Assembly: GCF_009831105.1 (NCBI RefSeq)
Contig: NZ_WUUQ01000003.1
Location: 120,001 to 152,000 of the forward strand
DNA from: Copranaerobaculum intestinale
GTDB lineage: Bacteria > Bacillota_I > Bacilli_A > Erysipelotrichales > Erysipelotrichaceae
Reading direction: 5' to 3'
DNA length: 32,000 nucleotides
Positions 31,436 to 32,000 of the stretch are shown here, piece by piece (within the stretch, counting starts at the first letter, position 1; each line of letters starts with the position of its first letter). Made by a program: the position numbers and the translations under genes. Under the pieces are notes generated by a model. The model had not been told where the DNA came from and made no database searches. It saw only the letters and a list, made by a program, of their open reading frames with translations.

Positions 31436-32000
31436 ATGGAAGCTGTCTATCAGGAACTCACGATCAATCGTAATTCTGCAATTCCGCTCTATTTTCAATT
31501 TAAACAATTTATGATTGATAAAATTGAAAAGGGCGAGCTGAAAGCCGGAGATTTAGTACCAACCGAAGAAGAACTTTGTAAACTGTACCACATCAGTCGG
31601 CCAACCATCCGACAGGCCTTTGGTGAACTGGTGAATGAGGGGTACATGACGCGAAAACGGGCGTTGGGAACTTTTATATCTCATCCTAAGCTCAGTTCAA
31701 AATTTTTGAATCGCATCGCTCGTTTTGATGAAGAAATGGAAACCATAGGCGTTCAGCCCATTACTTTGGTGAAGAAGCTGGAAGTATGTGATGCACCGGA
31801 TGAGGTGGATATCAAATTGCATTTGCACGGTGATCAAGCGATCAATCTGAATCGTCTGCGGCTTACGGAAAAGGGAGTGCCGTTTGTCTACGAGGAAACG
31901 TATATGCCATATCATCTGTTTCGCGGTATGGAGCATCTTGATTATACTGAGGATTCCATGTATCTGAATATGGAAGCACACGGGCATAAGATAGGAAGGA
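31436..32000 (+). CDS. GntR-family (HutC/UTRA) regulator, FrlR-like, 3' end beyond the window
   Basis: Hand translation MEAVYQELTINRNSAIPLYFQLKQFMIDKIEKGELKAGDLVPTEEELCKLYHISRPTIRQAFGELVNEGYM... The frame is open to the window end, so it is not in the ORF track. AAAGGAG and TGATATAAT lie upstream. Confidence 0.8.
   Translation, partial: MEAVYQELTINRNSAIPLYFQFKQFMIDKIEKGELKAGDLVPTEEELCKLYHISRPTIRQAFGELVNEGYMTRKRALGTFISHPKLSSKFLNRIARFDEEMETIGVQPITLVKKLEVCDAPDEVDIKLHLHGDQAINLNRLRLTEKGVPFVYEETYMPYHLFRGMEHLDYTEDSMYLNMEAHGHKIGR

Noticed and set aside
31697-31987. 96-aa minus-strand ORF
   Set aside because: It is antisense to the clearly recognisable GntR/UTRA regulator that runs off the window end.
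1-32000. CRISPR arrays, tRNA/rRNA genes, IS elements, integrases, prophage structural genes
   Set aside because: I scanned for regular short repeats, cloverleaf-like GC-rich segments, terminal inverted repeats and recombinase-like ORFs, and found none. The only long repeat is the 121-bp frlD tail duplication.

Overview
This is a chromosomal segment that looks like a low-GC Gram-positive (Bacillota-type) anaerobe. GC is roughly 43-45% by eye, Shine-Dalgarno sites are strong, and ATGA start/stop overlaps are frequent. Most of it is ordinary metabolism and transport:
- a small MBL-hydrolase / glyoxalase / LigT-GIY-YIG operon
- an [FeFe]-hydrogenase with two fused C-terminal rubredoxins
- two tandem ferrous-iron uptake loci (feoA-feoB-Cys-rich peptide, then feoA-feoA-feoB-Cys-rich peptide), each preceded by a DtxR/IdeR-type iron box
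- HAD hydrolases, a YitT-family membrane protein, and a TetR-regulated ABC exporter
- two paralogous SIS-isomerase / NagA-like deacetylase modules
- a fructosamine-type locus: mannose-family PTS IIB-IIC-IID, then FrlB-like deglycase, FrlD-like kinase and a GntR regulator

Two accessory modules stand out.
1. A very AT-rich insertion of about 2.9 kb (28430-31225) sits in the 3' end of the frlD-like kinase gene. It is bracketed by a 121-bp imperfect direct repeat of that gene tail. It carries its own consensus promoter, a leader mini-ORF with a terminator, and three genes: secreted protein, polytopic membrane protein, secreted protein. The layout resembles a non-canonical lactococcin-972-type bacteriocin/immunity cassette. 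No recombinase is present.
2. An isolated two-gene operon (11442-12085, minus strand) encodes a DUF4280 (PAAR-like) protein translationally coupled to a 79-aa protein with beta-helix-like periodicity. No secretion or tail genes are nearby.

I saw no rRNA, tRNA, CRISPR array, IS element or integrase. All homology calls come from motif recognition by eye and need HMM or BLAST confirmation.
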